From contig JAUNLX010000006.1 of assembly GCA_030532035.1 (NCBI GenBank), forward strand, positions 6,191-70,190: a DNA stretch of 64,000 nt, in the 5' to 3' direction. The position numbers were made by a program, and so were the translations under genes. Shown in pieces: positions 46,918-56,677 of this stretch; within the stretch, counting starts at the first letter, position 1; each line of letters opens with the position of its first letter. Origin of the DNA: Clostridia bacterium (lineage in GTDB: Bacteria > Bacillota > Clostridia > Oscillospirales > Acutalibacteraceae). The notes beneath the pieces are model-generated. The model saw only the letters and a program-made list of their open reading frames with translations. It did no database searches and was not told the DNA's origin.

Positions 46918-48192
46918 TTAATAAGCCTTATTTGCATTCATTATGTGTAATATTTCAATGTCGGTCTGCTCCATTCCCACTTTAGCTATATGACCGATAT
47001 TTTTTATTGTATCTTCGTATTCTCTTGCCACAAGTCCCTCTCCAGCTTTGAAATGTCTGTTTCGTTTTGCCATTTCAAAACCCAATATTCCCGCATTTAC
47101 AGAACTTGCTATTTTAGAAGCGCAGGATGATTTCGCTCCGTCGCAAACAATACCGCCAGTCGTCGCAAGTGTGTTAGCCAAAGTTTTAGTAATTACATCG
47201 AAGTCACTGTCATGCAAATAGGCAATTCCACAAGCCGCTGCTGCTCCCGCTGATACGGCACCACAAAAAGCAGATAAATCTCCAATATATCTCTTTTGAT
47301 GAATTGCAATCAGGTTTGTCAAAACTAAAGCTCTGATAAGTTTTTCCTCAGAAACATTCAAGTTTTTTGCATAAACAAAAACGGGTAAGGTACAAGTTAA
47401 ACCTTGATTTCCACTTCCAGAATTTATAACAACTGGAAGAGCACAGCCATTCATTCTTGCGTCTGAGCCAGCTGCTGCTTTTGCAATAGCTTCAGTTTTT
47501 ACACTGTTATCTCCTATTTCAAGAAAAGTTTTTCCGACTTGTTCTCCCCAAGAGCCTCTCAGACCTTCATCAGAAATAGCTAAATTATAATCTCTTTGTT
47601 TTTTTATAATTTCTTCTACATCTTTTATTTTTACTGTATTTGCAAATTCATATATATCTTTAAGATTCAAAAGGCTGGTATCTATCTTTTCTTTTTCTTT
47701 ATCTTTTTCAGTTTCAAATAAAACTTCACCGTTTTTTTCAATATAAGTGATGTTGTCATGTTTTGTTACAATTTCAACAACGGCCTTATCTTCCCCATTT
47801 TCTTCTTCTATTCTAACAAAAAGATTGTCTACGCCTTCTTTGAGTTCAACTGTACAGATTCCTTCACTGACCAATCTTTTACATTCTTTGGCGTCTTCTT
47901 CGGTAGCTCTGCTAATTACTTCCAGACCAAGTGAACTGTCGCCTGCTATTGCTCCCAAAACAGCTGCAGCTTCTACGCCTTTTTGTCCATTAGAATTTGG
48001 AACTAAAACCGCCTTTACATTTTTTATTATATTTCCGCTACAAATTGCTAAAATTTTTTCAGGTTTCGTTCCCAATACCTCTCTGCATTTGCTTGCGGCA
48101 AGAGCTATCGCAATGGGTTCAGTACATCCCATAGCTGGTTTTAACTCTGATTTTAATATATTTAAATAATTATCATATATCTCTCTATTCAT
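46918..48192 (-). CDS. UPF0597/YhaM family protein (L-cysteine desulfidase / serine dehydratase alpha-like)
   Basis: 424 aa with the family-typical N-terminus L..ELKPAMGCTEPIAIALAA and GSGNQG. Confidence 0.8.
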   Translation of the reverse strand: MNREIYDNYLNILKSELKPAMGCTEPIAIALAASKCREVLGTKPEKILAICSGNIIKNVKAVLVPNSNGQKGVEAAAVLGAIAGDSSLGLEVISRATEEDAKECKRLVSEGICTVELKEGVDNLFVRIEEENGEDKAVVEIVTKHDNITYIEKNGEVLFETEKDKEKEKIDTSLLNLKDIYEFANTVKIKDVEEIIKKQRDYNLAISDEGLRGSWGEQVGKTFLEIGDNSVKTEAIAKAAAGSDARMNGCALPVVINSGSGNQGLTCTLPVFVYAKNLNVSEEKLIRALVLTNLIAIHQKRYIGDLSAFCGAVSAGAAAACGIAYLHDSDFDVITKTLANTLATTGGIVCDGAKSSCASKIASSVNAGILGFEMAKRNRHFKAGEGLVAREYEDTIKNIGHIAKVGMEQTDIEILHIMNANKAY

Positions 48193-48271
48193 ATTTTTCT
48201 CCCCTTGTCATTTTAAACTTTACAATAAAAAAACTTCAAAAACAATGATATACAAGGGGTTTAAGTATACA

Positions 48272-48307
48272 TAAAAAAACATCGTTATAACTTAAAGTTA
48301 TAACGAT
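48272..48307 (-). terminator. terminator after the LysR gene
   Basis: ATCGTTATAAC-(5 nt)-GTTATAACGAT followed on the minus strand by TTTTTTT. Confidence 0.7.
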
Positions 48308-48348
48308 AATTTAATATTAAACTTAAATTTATAATTTTTTATAGCAAA

Positions 48349-49281
48349 TCAAGTATACTCATCCGCTTTTTCACGAATAGCATTTACTAAAAATTTGAAA
48401 GCTCTGTGAGTTCTATATGCTTCTTTAGAATAAAACATATATATAGATGATTTTAAGTTTATTCCTTTAATTGGAATGGCTTTCAATGTTTTATTTTTAA
48501 TCTCTTCATATCGAGTATCTGCGGGATGATAGGTCAAAGCATAGCTTTCAGAATGATTTTTCACCATATTTAGAACATTGGACAAAGACTCTACTTCCAA
48601 ATAATTCTCCGTAACATTTTCAATCATCATCTGCTTCATTTCTTTCGGAATGGAATCAGTATCTACTAAATCTTTCTTTGCACAGGGCAAGACAAGATAC
48701 ATTTTTTTCAAATCTTCCATTGTCAGAAAATCTTTGTCTGCAAAAGGATTTTCATTGTTTACTAAACTACGATATTCTCCATCCATCAATTTAATTGGAG
48801 AATTTCCCTGTATTTGAATTAACTTTTCTTTATATTTTTCGTCCATTAACATCACAAGACAAATTGAAGGTTTTTTCAAACTTCTGCTTATATATGCTTC
48901 TGGATTAGGTCCAACATCATAATTTATCTTAATTTCAGGATATTTTTTTCTAAACTCAAGCAAAATATTGGGTATTATATAATCCGAAAAAGACACATAT
49001 ATATGTATGTTGATTGACTCTAAATTATTTTCATCGGAAAGTTCTAACCAAGAATTATATATTTCGACAATTTGTTTTGCTTCAGGTAAAATTTGCTTTC
49101 CCTTTGCAGTCAACTTTATACCATTTGAAGATCTGTTAAAAACTTGAAAGCCCAATTCATTTTCCAACTGTTTTATAGATTTTGAAAGATTGGGCTGAGA
49201 TGTGTATAACTTCCCTGCAGCTTCATTTATTGACTTTGAATTAGCTACAGACAAAAAATGTTCTAAATTACTTATTTTCAT
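48349..49281 (-). CDS. LysR family transcriptional regulator
   Basis: 310 aa with N-terminal HTH SINEAAGKLYTSQPNLSKSIKQLE. Divergent from the URO-D family gene. Confidence 0.88.
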   Translation of the reverse strand: MKISNLEHFLSVANSKSINEAAGKLYTSQPNLSKSIKQLENELGFQVFNRSSNGIKLTAKGKQILPEAKQIVEIYNSWLELSDENNLESINIHIYVSFSDYIIPNILLEFRKKYPEIKINYDVGPNPEAYISRSLKKPSICLVMLMDEKYKEKLIQIQGNSPIKLMDGEYRSLVNNENPFADKDFLTMEDLKKMYLVLPCAKKDLVDTDSIPKEMKQMMIENVTENYLEVESLSNVLNMVKNHSESYALTYHPADTRYEEIKNKTLKAIPIKGINLKSSIYMFYSKEAYRTHRAFKFLVNAIREKADEYT

Positions 49282-49489
49282 ACTATCTCCTAAGTGTTAT
49301 TCTGCATATAAAAGCGCTTATAACAAAATGGAATGACTGTGTATAGATTTATATTAGCACAATGTAGCTTTGCAGTCTATAATTTTATATAATATATATA
49401 ACACATTTTATTCGCAAAAAGTTTTCTTTTATATAATATTGAAAATAAAAAGTAAACTGATTTAAGTAACCAAATTACAAGGTGATTTT

Positions 49490-50527
49490 ATGGAAAAAAG
49501 AGAAAGATTTATAAATTTTTTGAACAATAAACCCGTTGATAGAGTTCCAATTGCTTTCTATCATCACTATTTGAATGATATGATGCTCTATAATATGAAC
49601 CAAGGTCTTACAAATTCAAAATTATATGAAAAAAATATCAATGCTCATCTTACTTCAAAGCAAAAATTTGACCCAGATATAGTGAAGATTATGAACGATT
49701 CTCTTATGATTATGCCCATTGATATTTCTGAAGTTAAGAGCGTAGACGATTTAGCTAAAGTTAAACCTCAGGCAGTAGATTCAAAATGGGCTGATATGTC
49801 TGTTAATCTTGCAAAGAGAGTAAAGGAAATTTATGCTGATACTGATGCACCCGTATTTTATACAAGCTTTGGACCCGCATACATAATGCGCTCAAGCTGT
49901 GCCAGAATAGGAAACTTAATGGCGGGCACAAAATTTTTTGAAACTAAAATCTTAAAGTGGATGCAAGAAGATCCAATGGCAGTAAAAGAATTAGTTATGA
50001 ATTTAGCTAAAGGTGTCGTTGAATTTAACAAAAGACTTTTTGATGAAGCTAAAATTGACGGAATTTATTTCAGTGTAAACAATCAAAATGAATTTTTTGC
50101 AAGCAAAATTTACAGAGATGTTATAACCCCTGGAGACAAACTTATTCTTGAAAAAGCTAACGAAGTTAGTAATATGAATTTACTTCATATATGCGGATAT
50201 AGAGGAAAGGCAAATGATTTAACAACTTTCAAAGACTACGAAGCAGCAGCTTATAACTGGGCAGTACATGCAGAAGGCGTTTCTTTGCGTGAGGGTAAAA
50301 CTCTATTCGACGGCAAGCCTGTTTTTGGAGGTTTTGAGCAAAATGGAGTTATTGCAAAGGGAAATAAACAAGATATTGAAGACGCAGTATATAAAATTTT
50401 AGATGACAGCGGTCAAGTGGGAATAATGCTCGGAGCTGATTGTACAGTTCCAACAAACTTTGATGATTCAAGATTAAATTGGGTCAGAGAGGCCTGCGAA
50501 AAATATGCAAAAGAAGCAAAACAATAA
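49490..50527 (+). CDS. uroporphyrinogen decarboxylase (URO-D) superfamily protein, possibly MtaA/CmuA-like
   Basis: 345 aa. The N-terminus F...N.KPVDRVP and overall length and layout fit the URO-D fold family. Substrate is unknown. Confidence 0.65.
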   Translation: MEKRERFINFLNNKPVDRVPIAFYHHYLNDMMLYNMNQGLTNSKLYEKNINAHLTSKQKFDPDIVKIMNDSLMIMPIDISEVKSVDDLAKVKPQAVDSKWADMSVNLAKRVKEIYADTDAPVFYTSFGPAYIMRSSCARIGNLMAGTKFFETKILKWMQEDPMAVKELVMNLAKGVVEFNKRLFDEAKIDGIYFSVNNQNEFFASKIYRDVITPGDKLILEKANEVSNMNLLHICGYRGKANDLTTFKDYEAAAYNWAVHAEGVSLREGKTLFDGKPVFGGFEQNGVIAKGNKQDIEDAVYKILDDSGQVGIMLGADCTVPTNFDDSRLNWVREACEKYAKEAKQ

Positions 50528-50543
50528 ACTATCAAAAATTACT

Positions 50544-50579
50544 AAAAAGAGATAAGCATTCGTGCTTATCTCTTTTTTT
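50544..50579. terminator. bidirectional terminator
   Basis: AAAAAGAGATAAGCA-TTCG-TGCTTATCTCTTTTT. Confidence 0.8.
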
Positions 50580-50587
50580 GAAAATTT

Positions 50588-51787
50588 TTATTTTATAAAA
50601 GATATTATTTTATTTTTTAAGGATTTTAAGTTTTCAGTCATTTTATATTTTTTAGGATTGGGGAAATATAAAAATGCTCCTGTTTTCTTTATAATATGGC
50701 CATTGAAATTTTGTTTAAATCTAAGAACACCATCTGAACCATCAAAATCCCCTTCAATTCCAAAAAAATTATATCGTTCAATTCCCCTCATCATTGTTCT
50801 CTTCATCGCTTCATATTGAAGAATAAATGCTCCAGGTAATTTTTGATAATCAGACAAAGAACCGCCTAAAAAATATACCACTTCATTTTTTTGATATATG
50901 AGAACCATATTAGCTAATGTCAAAACATCTTTTCCAGATTTATTTTTAAATTCTTTTAATCTGTCTAAATCGCCATTTAAAGAATTTATTCTCTGTTTAT
51001 TCTTTTTAGAGTTTTTGTCTAAGATATTTAACATATCTTCAAGTCTTTTTATGGACTTATTGAAATCTATTTCAGCGGTCAAAAACTCACATTTATCTGC
51101 AAAAGATTTATAAAAATCAGTATAATATTCAATCGATTTGTCCGAAAATCCTTGTCTTTGAGCAGTTTCCAATGTAACTGATTTAAATTCTGACATTTCA
51201 TCTAAATCAATTGCACGAACATTTATAGATAGCTCATTTGCTTTCTTTATTTTTCTCTGAGCATTTTGATTGAAAGATTTTAATAATTCCTCGTAATTTT
51301 CAGGCAAAAATTTTTTCAGGTCTTTGATATATTGCCAATCTGGGAAACCGTCATTTGGTAATATTGAACCATCATTTTTAAGATAACCAAGTTCTTCCAT
51401 TTTGTTTGCAAAATCATCGTCAGCAGATGTAATTGGAGACCCCTCGCCATCAAAATCTCTATATGTATGATCGGATTTTATAACTAATTTTAAGACATTT
51501 GAATTATCGACAAAATCTTTAAGGTGCTTATAAAACAAAAATTCATTATCTATTTCTAAAGAACTCGCACCAACCATTAAATCCATTCTTTGCCCAAATA
51601 AAATTTTACGATATAAGGCAAGTCCGACAGCTAATATTTCTCCTTCATGAACTAAGCCCAATAGCTTAGTATGGACTCCCCTACCAGTCAACACTTCACT
51701 CATGGCAGAGCTCTGCAAAAAAGAATGATTTTGAATTTTATTTAAAAAATCATCATATTCTTCTTTCGAAACTTCTTGTATTTTCAT
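50588..51787 (-). CDS. FemAB family peptidoglycan interpeptide-bridge aminoacyltransferase
   Basis: 399 aa with SFLQSS N-terminal motif, a central coiled-coil insert, and C-terminal YNFFGI...GV.RFK..F. Confidence 0.82.
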   Translation of the reverse strand: MKIQEVSKEEYDDFLNKIQNHSFLQSSAMSEVLTGRGVHTKLLGLVHEGEILAVGLALYRKILFGQRMDLMVGASSLEIDNEFLFYKHLKDFVDNSNVLKLVIKSDHTYRDFDGEGSPITSADDDFANKMEELGYLKNDGSILPNDGFPDWQYIKDLKKFLPENYEELLKSFNQNAQRKIKKANELSINVRAIDLDEMSEFKSVTLETAQRQGFSDKSIEYYTDFYKSFADKCEFLTAEIDFNKSIKRLEDMLNILDKNSKKNKQRINSLNGDLDRLKEFKNKSGKDVLTLANMVLIYQKNEVVYFLGGSLSDYQKLPGAFILQYEAMKRTMMRGIERYNFFGIEGDFDGSDGVLRFKQNFNGHIIKKTGAFLYFPNPKKYKMTENLKSLKNKIISFIK

Positions 51788-51869
51788 GACTTCTCCCTAT
51801 ATAAAATTTATTTTTAGGAACTGCTTAATCTGGCAAAGCAAGATATTTTAATCAATTATAACTGGCAAA

Positions 51870-53084
51870 TTAACCTTTTTTCATTATTTTACGCAAAAAC
51901 AGATATGCTTTATATAAGATTTTATTAATCGGCATATCGAATTCTCCTAAAAAAGAAACGACATGGGGATCAAAATGATTTTTATATTCCATTAAACCAT
52001 CCTGTAAATTGCCATCCACACCACCCATACTGGCAAATTTAGCTCCTTTTGCAAAAGCTGCATTCATTGAAGCAAGATAAACTGGATCTTGCGCAGGAAT
52101 AAATGAATAATCTCTGTTATAACCAGCATATAACATTTCAAACGAATCTCCATATAAAACACTTATACAGCCTGCTATTAAAGCTCTATCGCCCTCTTTT
52201 TCTGCCATATCACGAAAAGTTTTCAAGAGCTTATCATAGGAATTTAAACGATCTTCATATTCAAGCTTTTTTTTGGGAGCTTTGGCTGGTAAATTGGCAA
52301 TACGCTGTTTTACATCGACTTTTAGCCTTTCGTGTTCATCAATTGCATTCTTCAAGTTAATAACAGCTAAATAAAGAAAACAATCTTCTCCGTAAACATC
52401 CATTAATTTACGAAAGTAATTTATATCTCGTAAGTTGATATCTTTTGCTTCTTCGGTTTTTTGAATCAAATAATAAAAATCGGTCAAATCATCTGCTGTT
52501 CCGCGTATAATTTCAACTTTTCTTTTTTTTGAATCTTTCAATGCGTGTCGAGTCCGTCGGCTAATTCTATCTTCTAATTTTCTGTCATCTGCAAAAGTGA
52601 TGGCGTGATATCTTGGTTGAATCGTGTCATGCATTTGTTTGGTGAAACCTTGATGAATAAATCCCGTATTTTCTAAATGTTTTTTCGCAGTCAATGCCTC
52701 TTCTGATACTTCATCATTAAAGTCTTGATAAGGTGCAATATCGGCAAATACTGGTGGATCAATTTTTATAAATACACATTTTTGTTTTTTTGCATCTTCT
52801 TTTAAATTATCAAAAAAAGAATCCACTAATTCTTTATTTTGATAATCTAAAATAGGTCCATGTGGCATATACCAAACAGTCCATCCCAATTTCACAGGTC
52901 GGATTAAAACCAAACCTGCCGCTACAATTTTATTTTTTTCATCTAATAATCCAACTAAACGATGTCCCCAAGCATCTTTGACTTTGCTCCAAGACGAGGA
53001 CTGTAAAAGATTGCATTGTGGATGATGTTTCACAAATTCATCGTATTCTTTAGAATTCAAATCGTTTTTATATGTATAATTCAT
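51870..53084 (-). CDS. FemAB family peptidoglycan interpeptide-bridge aminoacyltransferase (paralog)
   Basis: About 404 aa with NLLQSSSW, W.MPHGP and C-terminal G.MEYKNHF. I prefer the start at MNYTYKN (53084). Confidence 0.82.
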   Translation of the reverse strand: MNYTYKNDLNSKEYDEFVKHHPQCNLLQSSSWSKVKDAWGHRLVGLLDEKNKIVAAGLVLIRPVKLGWTVWYMPHGPILDYQNKELVDSFFDNLKEDAKKQKCVFIKIDPPVFADIAPYQDFNDEVSEEALTAKKHLENTGFIHQGFTKQMHDTIQPRYHAITFADDRKLEDRISRRTRHALKDSKKRKVEIIRGTADDLTDFYYLIQKTEEAKDINLRDINYFRKLMDVYGEDCFLYLAVINLKNAIDEHERLKVDVKQRIANLPAKAPKKKLEYEDRLNSYDKLLKTFRDMAEKEGDRALIAGCISVLYGDSFEMLYAGYNRDYSFIPAQDPVYLASMNAAFAKGAKFASMGGVDGNLQDGLMEYKNHFDPHVVSFLGEFDMPINKILYKAYLFLRKIMKKG

Positions 53085-53408
53085 ACTTCCCTCAATCATT
53101 ATATTTTGTTACCAGAATAATTGTATTTACAGTAAAAATTTAACTAATCTAATTATTCTAACATCTATATGTTTCGATATTGTTTCATCTTTTTCGATTT
53201 GGATGAAAAGAAAATAAAAATATGTTAGATAAATAAATTTAATTATATTTTTACAAAAATTGCACATTTCAATATAAAATATTGCTTAATACATGTCAAG
53301 GTAAGAACTTCTTTTGTTTTAATAGATTTTCATTATAAAGTAATATGAAAAAAATCAAAAATAATATATAATAATTAATAAATCATAATATAAAGGACAA
53401 GATTTTAG

Positions 53409-54134
53409 ATGGTTGTTGAGAAAAGTAAAACCTTTCATCCTTATTACAAACAAAAAGCAAAAGACTTTCTACTTGAAATTTATTATCGAATTTTTCGTTT
53501 GCCAAAATTAGAAAATGTTCGTCTCGGTGCAAACATTCGTCTAAATAGAGGCACTGAATTTGAGGGATATAATACAATTTATCACAATGTAGATGTTCGC
53601 TCCTCAAAAATTGGACGAGCAACTTATATATCACAAGGAAGTTCCTTGCCATATACCAAAATTGGTCGTTATTGTTCAATAGGTCAAAACTGCAATGTCA
53701 TTATTGGCAATCATCCTATAGAAAATAATGTTGCTACACATCCCGCTTTTTATTCTTTGTTATCGCAAGCTGGATTTCATTTTGCCGAAGAGACAATTTA
53801 CGAAAGTTCCAAACATTCATCAAAAAATTTTGTTGTAAATATTGGTAACGGTGTGTGGTTGGGAGATTATGTAAAAATTATAAATGGAGTAACAATCGGC
53901 GATGGAGCTGTCGTCGCTGCAGGAGCTTTAGTAACAAAGGATGTCCCCCCCCACAGCATTGTTGGCGGTGTCCCAGCAAAATTAATCCGCAATCGTTTTA
54001 GTGATGAAGATATTGAATTTTTAATTAATCATCCTTGGTATGACTTTTCTTTTGAAAAATTAAATCAAAATTATCGTTCTTTTTTAAATATTGAAGATTA
54101 CAAAATACTTTTTGAGAAAAACAAATTATCATAA
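53409..54134 (+). CDS. hexapeptide-repeat acetyltransferase, XAT (CatB/Vat-like) class
   Basis: 241 aa with a left-handed beta-helix repeat region (IGRYCSIGQNCNVIIGNH), THPAFY, IGNGVWLGDYVKI and DVPPHSIVGGVPAKLIRNRF. Confidence 0.75.
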   Translation: MVVEKSKTFHPYYKQKAKDFLLEIYYRIFRLPKLENVRLGANIRLNRGTEFEGYNTIYHNVDVRSSKIGRATYISQGSSLPYTKIGRYCSIGQNCNVIIGNHPIENNVATHPAFYSLLSQAGFHFAEETIYESSKHSSKNFVVNIGNGVWLGDYVKIINGVTIGDGAVVAAGALVTKDVPPHSIVGGVPAKLIRNRFSDEDIEFLINHPWYDFSFEKLNQNYRSFLNIEDYKILFEKNKLS

Positions 54135-54195
54135 TTTTAATTTTTTTCTCATTTACTTTTGCATATATCCACAAATTTAAATTGTAAAAACAAAT

Positions 54196-54231
54196 AAAAA
54201 TAGGTAAGCATTTTGACGCTTACCTATTTTT
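54196..54231. terminator. bidirectional terminator
   Basis: AAAAA-TAGGTAAGC-(8 nt)-GCTTACCTA-TTTTT. Confidence 0.75.
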
Positions 54232-54249
54232 GTTTATCCTCTATATCTA

Positions 54250-54516
54250 TTATTCAATCTCCGCTTTAAATACCATTATAACATCGGCGTCTGAACAGCA
54301 AAATTCTGCCGTTCCATCAGGTTGTCCTGGAATAGAACCGCCGTATCTCAATATATCTATATATGGGAATCCACAGTGCATTGCCATAGGGCAAATTTCT
54401 CCACGCTGCGTGTCATAATCAAAACTGTCGCCAATTTTATGTCCTCGATGACAGCCCATTTTTCCTCTCCTATCTGTTATAGTTATTTTTATTTTAGGGC
54501 GTTTTTTGTTATTCAT
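54250..54516 (-). CDS. TIGR04076-like small Cys/His-rich protein
   Basis: 88 aa: KIKITI....GKMGCHRGHKIGD.F.......ICPMAMH...PYI..LRYGG. Recalled family resemblance, function unknown. Confidence 0.65.
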   Translation of the reverse strand: MNNKKRPKIKITITDRRGKMGCHRGHKIGDSFDYDTQRGEICPMAMHCGFPYIDILRYGGSIPGQPDGTAEFCCSDADVIMVFKAEIE

Positions 54517-54768
54517 TTTATTAATTCACCTTTCTGAAAATGATAAATAATAATCTGTTTGCCGTATTTTTACTCAAAGTATTTAATCAATATATTTTTC
54601 AAATTAATATAAATTAAGATTATCTTTATTTGATAAAAAGTCAAATAATTTTTTGTTCATAACTTTACCACCATAACATATAGATTTTACCTATATAAAA
54701 CAAAATTCTTTTATAATTTAAAATAATTAAAATATTCAAATTAAAAATATTTAATTTAGGTGATAATG

Positions 54769-56589
54769 ATGAAAGTTTTCAAAAAATTTATTGTCTTAAT
54801 TTTATTGAGCTCGCTTCTTTTTCTAAATCTCTCCTCTATATCTTATGGTATGGAACAAAGTAAAAAATTTCCGTCTGGTCTTTCATATGAAGAACTCCCC
54901 TCTGCTATCGAAAATTATGTTGCAAAAAACAGCAAAACTATGGCAGGAATGAATGTTGCTTTATACGATAGAAACGGTTTAATTTATCAAAATAATTTTG
55001 GATTTGCCAATAAAGAAGATGGAATAAAATCTGATAAAAATACTGTTTATGAATGGGGTTCCACTTCTAAGTTATTTATTTGGATTTCTGCAATGCAACT
55101 TGCCGAGCAAGGTAAACTTGATTTACAAAAAGATATTAAGAATTATTTGCCTGAAAATTTTCTAAAAAATTTAAAATATGACAAACCAATAACAATGCTC
55201 AATCTTATGAATCATCAGGCTGGCTTTCAAGACACTTATTTTATACAAACTTCATCAGAAGATGAAATGGTGAGCTTAGATAAAGCCTTGAGTAGAAATC
55301 AACCGAAACAAATTTATGAACCAGGAACGGTTACAGCTTATTCAAATTGGGGTGCAAGTCTCGCAGCTTATATTATTCAAATAATAAGCGGTATGGATTA
55401 TGTAAATTATGTTCACAAAAACATTTTTGAACCGCTTTCTATGAAAAACACTTCCATTGGAGCTACATATCAAGACAATACAAAAGTAAAAGAAAAACGA
55501 AATGAACTTGTTTGCTATGATGCTAACGGAAATAAAATTTCTGGAAAAGGACTCTATTATATTTTTCTATATCCTGCAGGAAGTGCAGCAGGAACGATAG
55601 ATGATTTGTTGACCTTTGCAAAGGCAATTACACCAGATGCAAACAAACCTTGCCCCTTGTTTGAGAAAAAAGAAACTCTAGATAAATTATATACTGTTAC
55701 AAGTTATTACGGAGATAGCGGTGTTGGGAATAATTATCATGGTTTTTTTGCCAACCAATATAGAATCAATACTTTAGGTCATGGTGGAAATACCTTTGGC
55801 TGTTCTACCATGCTTCAATTTGATCCTATTTCTGGAATAGGAATGGTAGTTATGACCAATCAAGCTCATGAAAAGATATATAACTACGATATGTATGAAC
55901 TAATTTTCGGAAAATTTTCAGAATCAAAACTTGCAAAAATTAAGAGAGAAATTCCCGATGGACTTGTAATAAATGCAAGAGGCATTATGGAGGGACCACT
56001 TTCAATTTTAGGAGCTATAGGAATTTTATCTTATGGAGAAGAAGATTTATCGAGTTGGTGGTATGCTGATGATAACTATGTGTATGGCGGTTATTCCGAT
56101 TACATCATTTCAACGCCAAAAGCAATTATAAATATTGCAGTTTGTCTTTTGTTTATCATAGCAGGAATATATGCAATTATAACTGTTATTTTTGGCGGAT
56201 TGATTTTAAGCCCTATCCAAAAAAGTAGAAATAAAAGAAATAAAATTGAAGTAAATCAACCATTTAAAAAATGGAATTATGCAATGAATGCTGTAATGGG
56301 ACTTATTTTTGCAAATATAGTCACTGTATTTATGAGAATAAATAGAGGCAATATCACAGGCGAAATAGGAAAAATTGAAACTTATATGGTCCAAAGTGGT
56401 ATTACGGGAATTCTCGCATTAATGTTGATAATCGGAATTTTATATATCTTGTTTGTTAAAATTCAAAATAAAAAACCAATCTCGAAAAGTAAAAGAGAAA
56501 AAACAAAATATATCTCAACTACAGTATTCGGAATTTGCATGCTAATTGCAGTATTTATGTTTGATATGTATAAATTTTGGGCAATATAA
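54769..56589 (+). CDS. beta-lactamase-fold serine hydrolase with C-terminal multi-TM anchor
   Basis: Signal/TM N-terminus, WGSTSKLF (SxxK), YSNWG (YxN) and HGGNTFG. Four predicted TM helices sit in the last 180 aa. I prefer the ATG at 54769 (AGGTGA RBS). Confidence 0.82.
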   Translation: MKVFKKFIVLILLSSLLFLNLSSISYGMEQSKKFPSGLSYEELPSAIENYVAKNSKTMAGMNVALYDRNGLIYQNNFGFANKEDGIKSDKNTVYEWGSTSKLFIWISAMQLAEQGKLDLQKDIKNYLPENFLKNLKYDKPITMLNLMNHQAGFQDTYFIQTSSEDEMVSLDKALSRNQPKQIYEPGTVTAYSNWGASLAAYIIQIISGMDYVNYVHKNIFEPLSMKNTSIGATYQDNTKVKEKRNELVCYDANGNKISGKGLYYIFLYPAGSAAGTIDDLLTFAKAITPDANKPCPLFEKKETLDKLYTVTSYYGDSGVGNNYHGFFANQYRINTLGHGGNTFGCSTMLQFDPISGIGMVVMTNQAHEKIYNYDMYELIFGKFSESKLAKIKREIPDGLVINARGIMEGPLSILGAIGILSYGEEDLSSWWYADDNYVYGGYSDYIISTPKAIINIAVCLLFIIAGIYAIITVIFGGLILSPIQKSRNKRNKIEVNQPFKKWNYAMNAVMGLIFANIVTVFMRINRGNITGEIGKIETYMVQSGITGILALMLIIGILYILFVKIQNKKPISKSKREKTKYISTTVFGICMLIAVFMFDMYKFWAI

Positions 56590-56616
56590 AATAATAAATA
56601 ATTTTAATAAAAATAT

Positions 56617-56647
56617 AAACCGACAGATATTATCTGTCGGTTTTTTC
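56617..56647 (+). terminator. terminator after the serine hydrolase gene
   Basis: CCGACAGA-(5 nt)-TCTGTCGG followed by TTTTTT. Confidence 0.7.
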
Positions 56648-56677
56648 AGATTATATTCCGCATTATAAACTCACAAA

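Noticed and set aside
53383-53679. Track ORF (98 aa, - strand) upstream of and overlapping the acetyltransferase gene
   Set aside because: It is antisense to the 5' end of a motif-supported CDS, with no RBS and no recognisable motifs.
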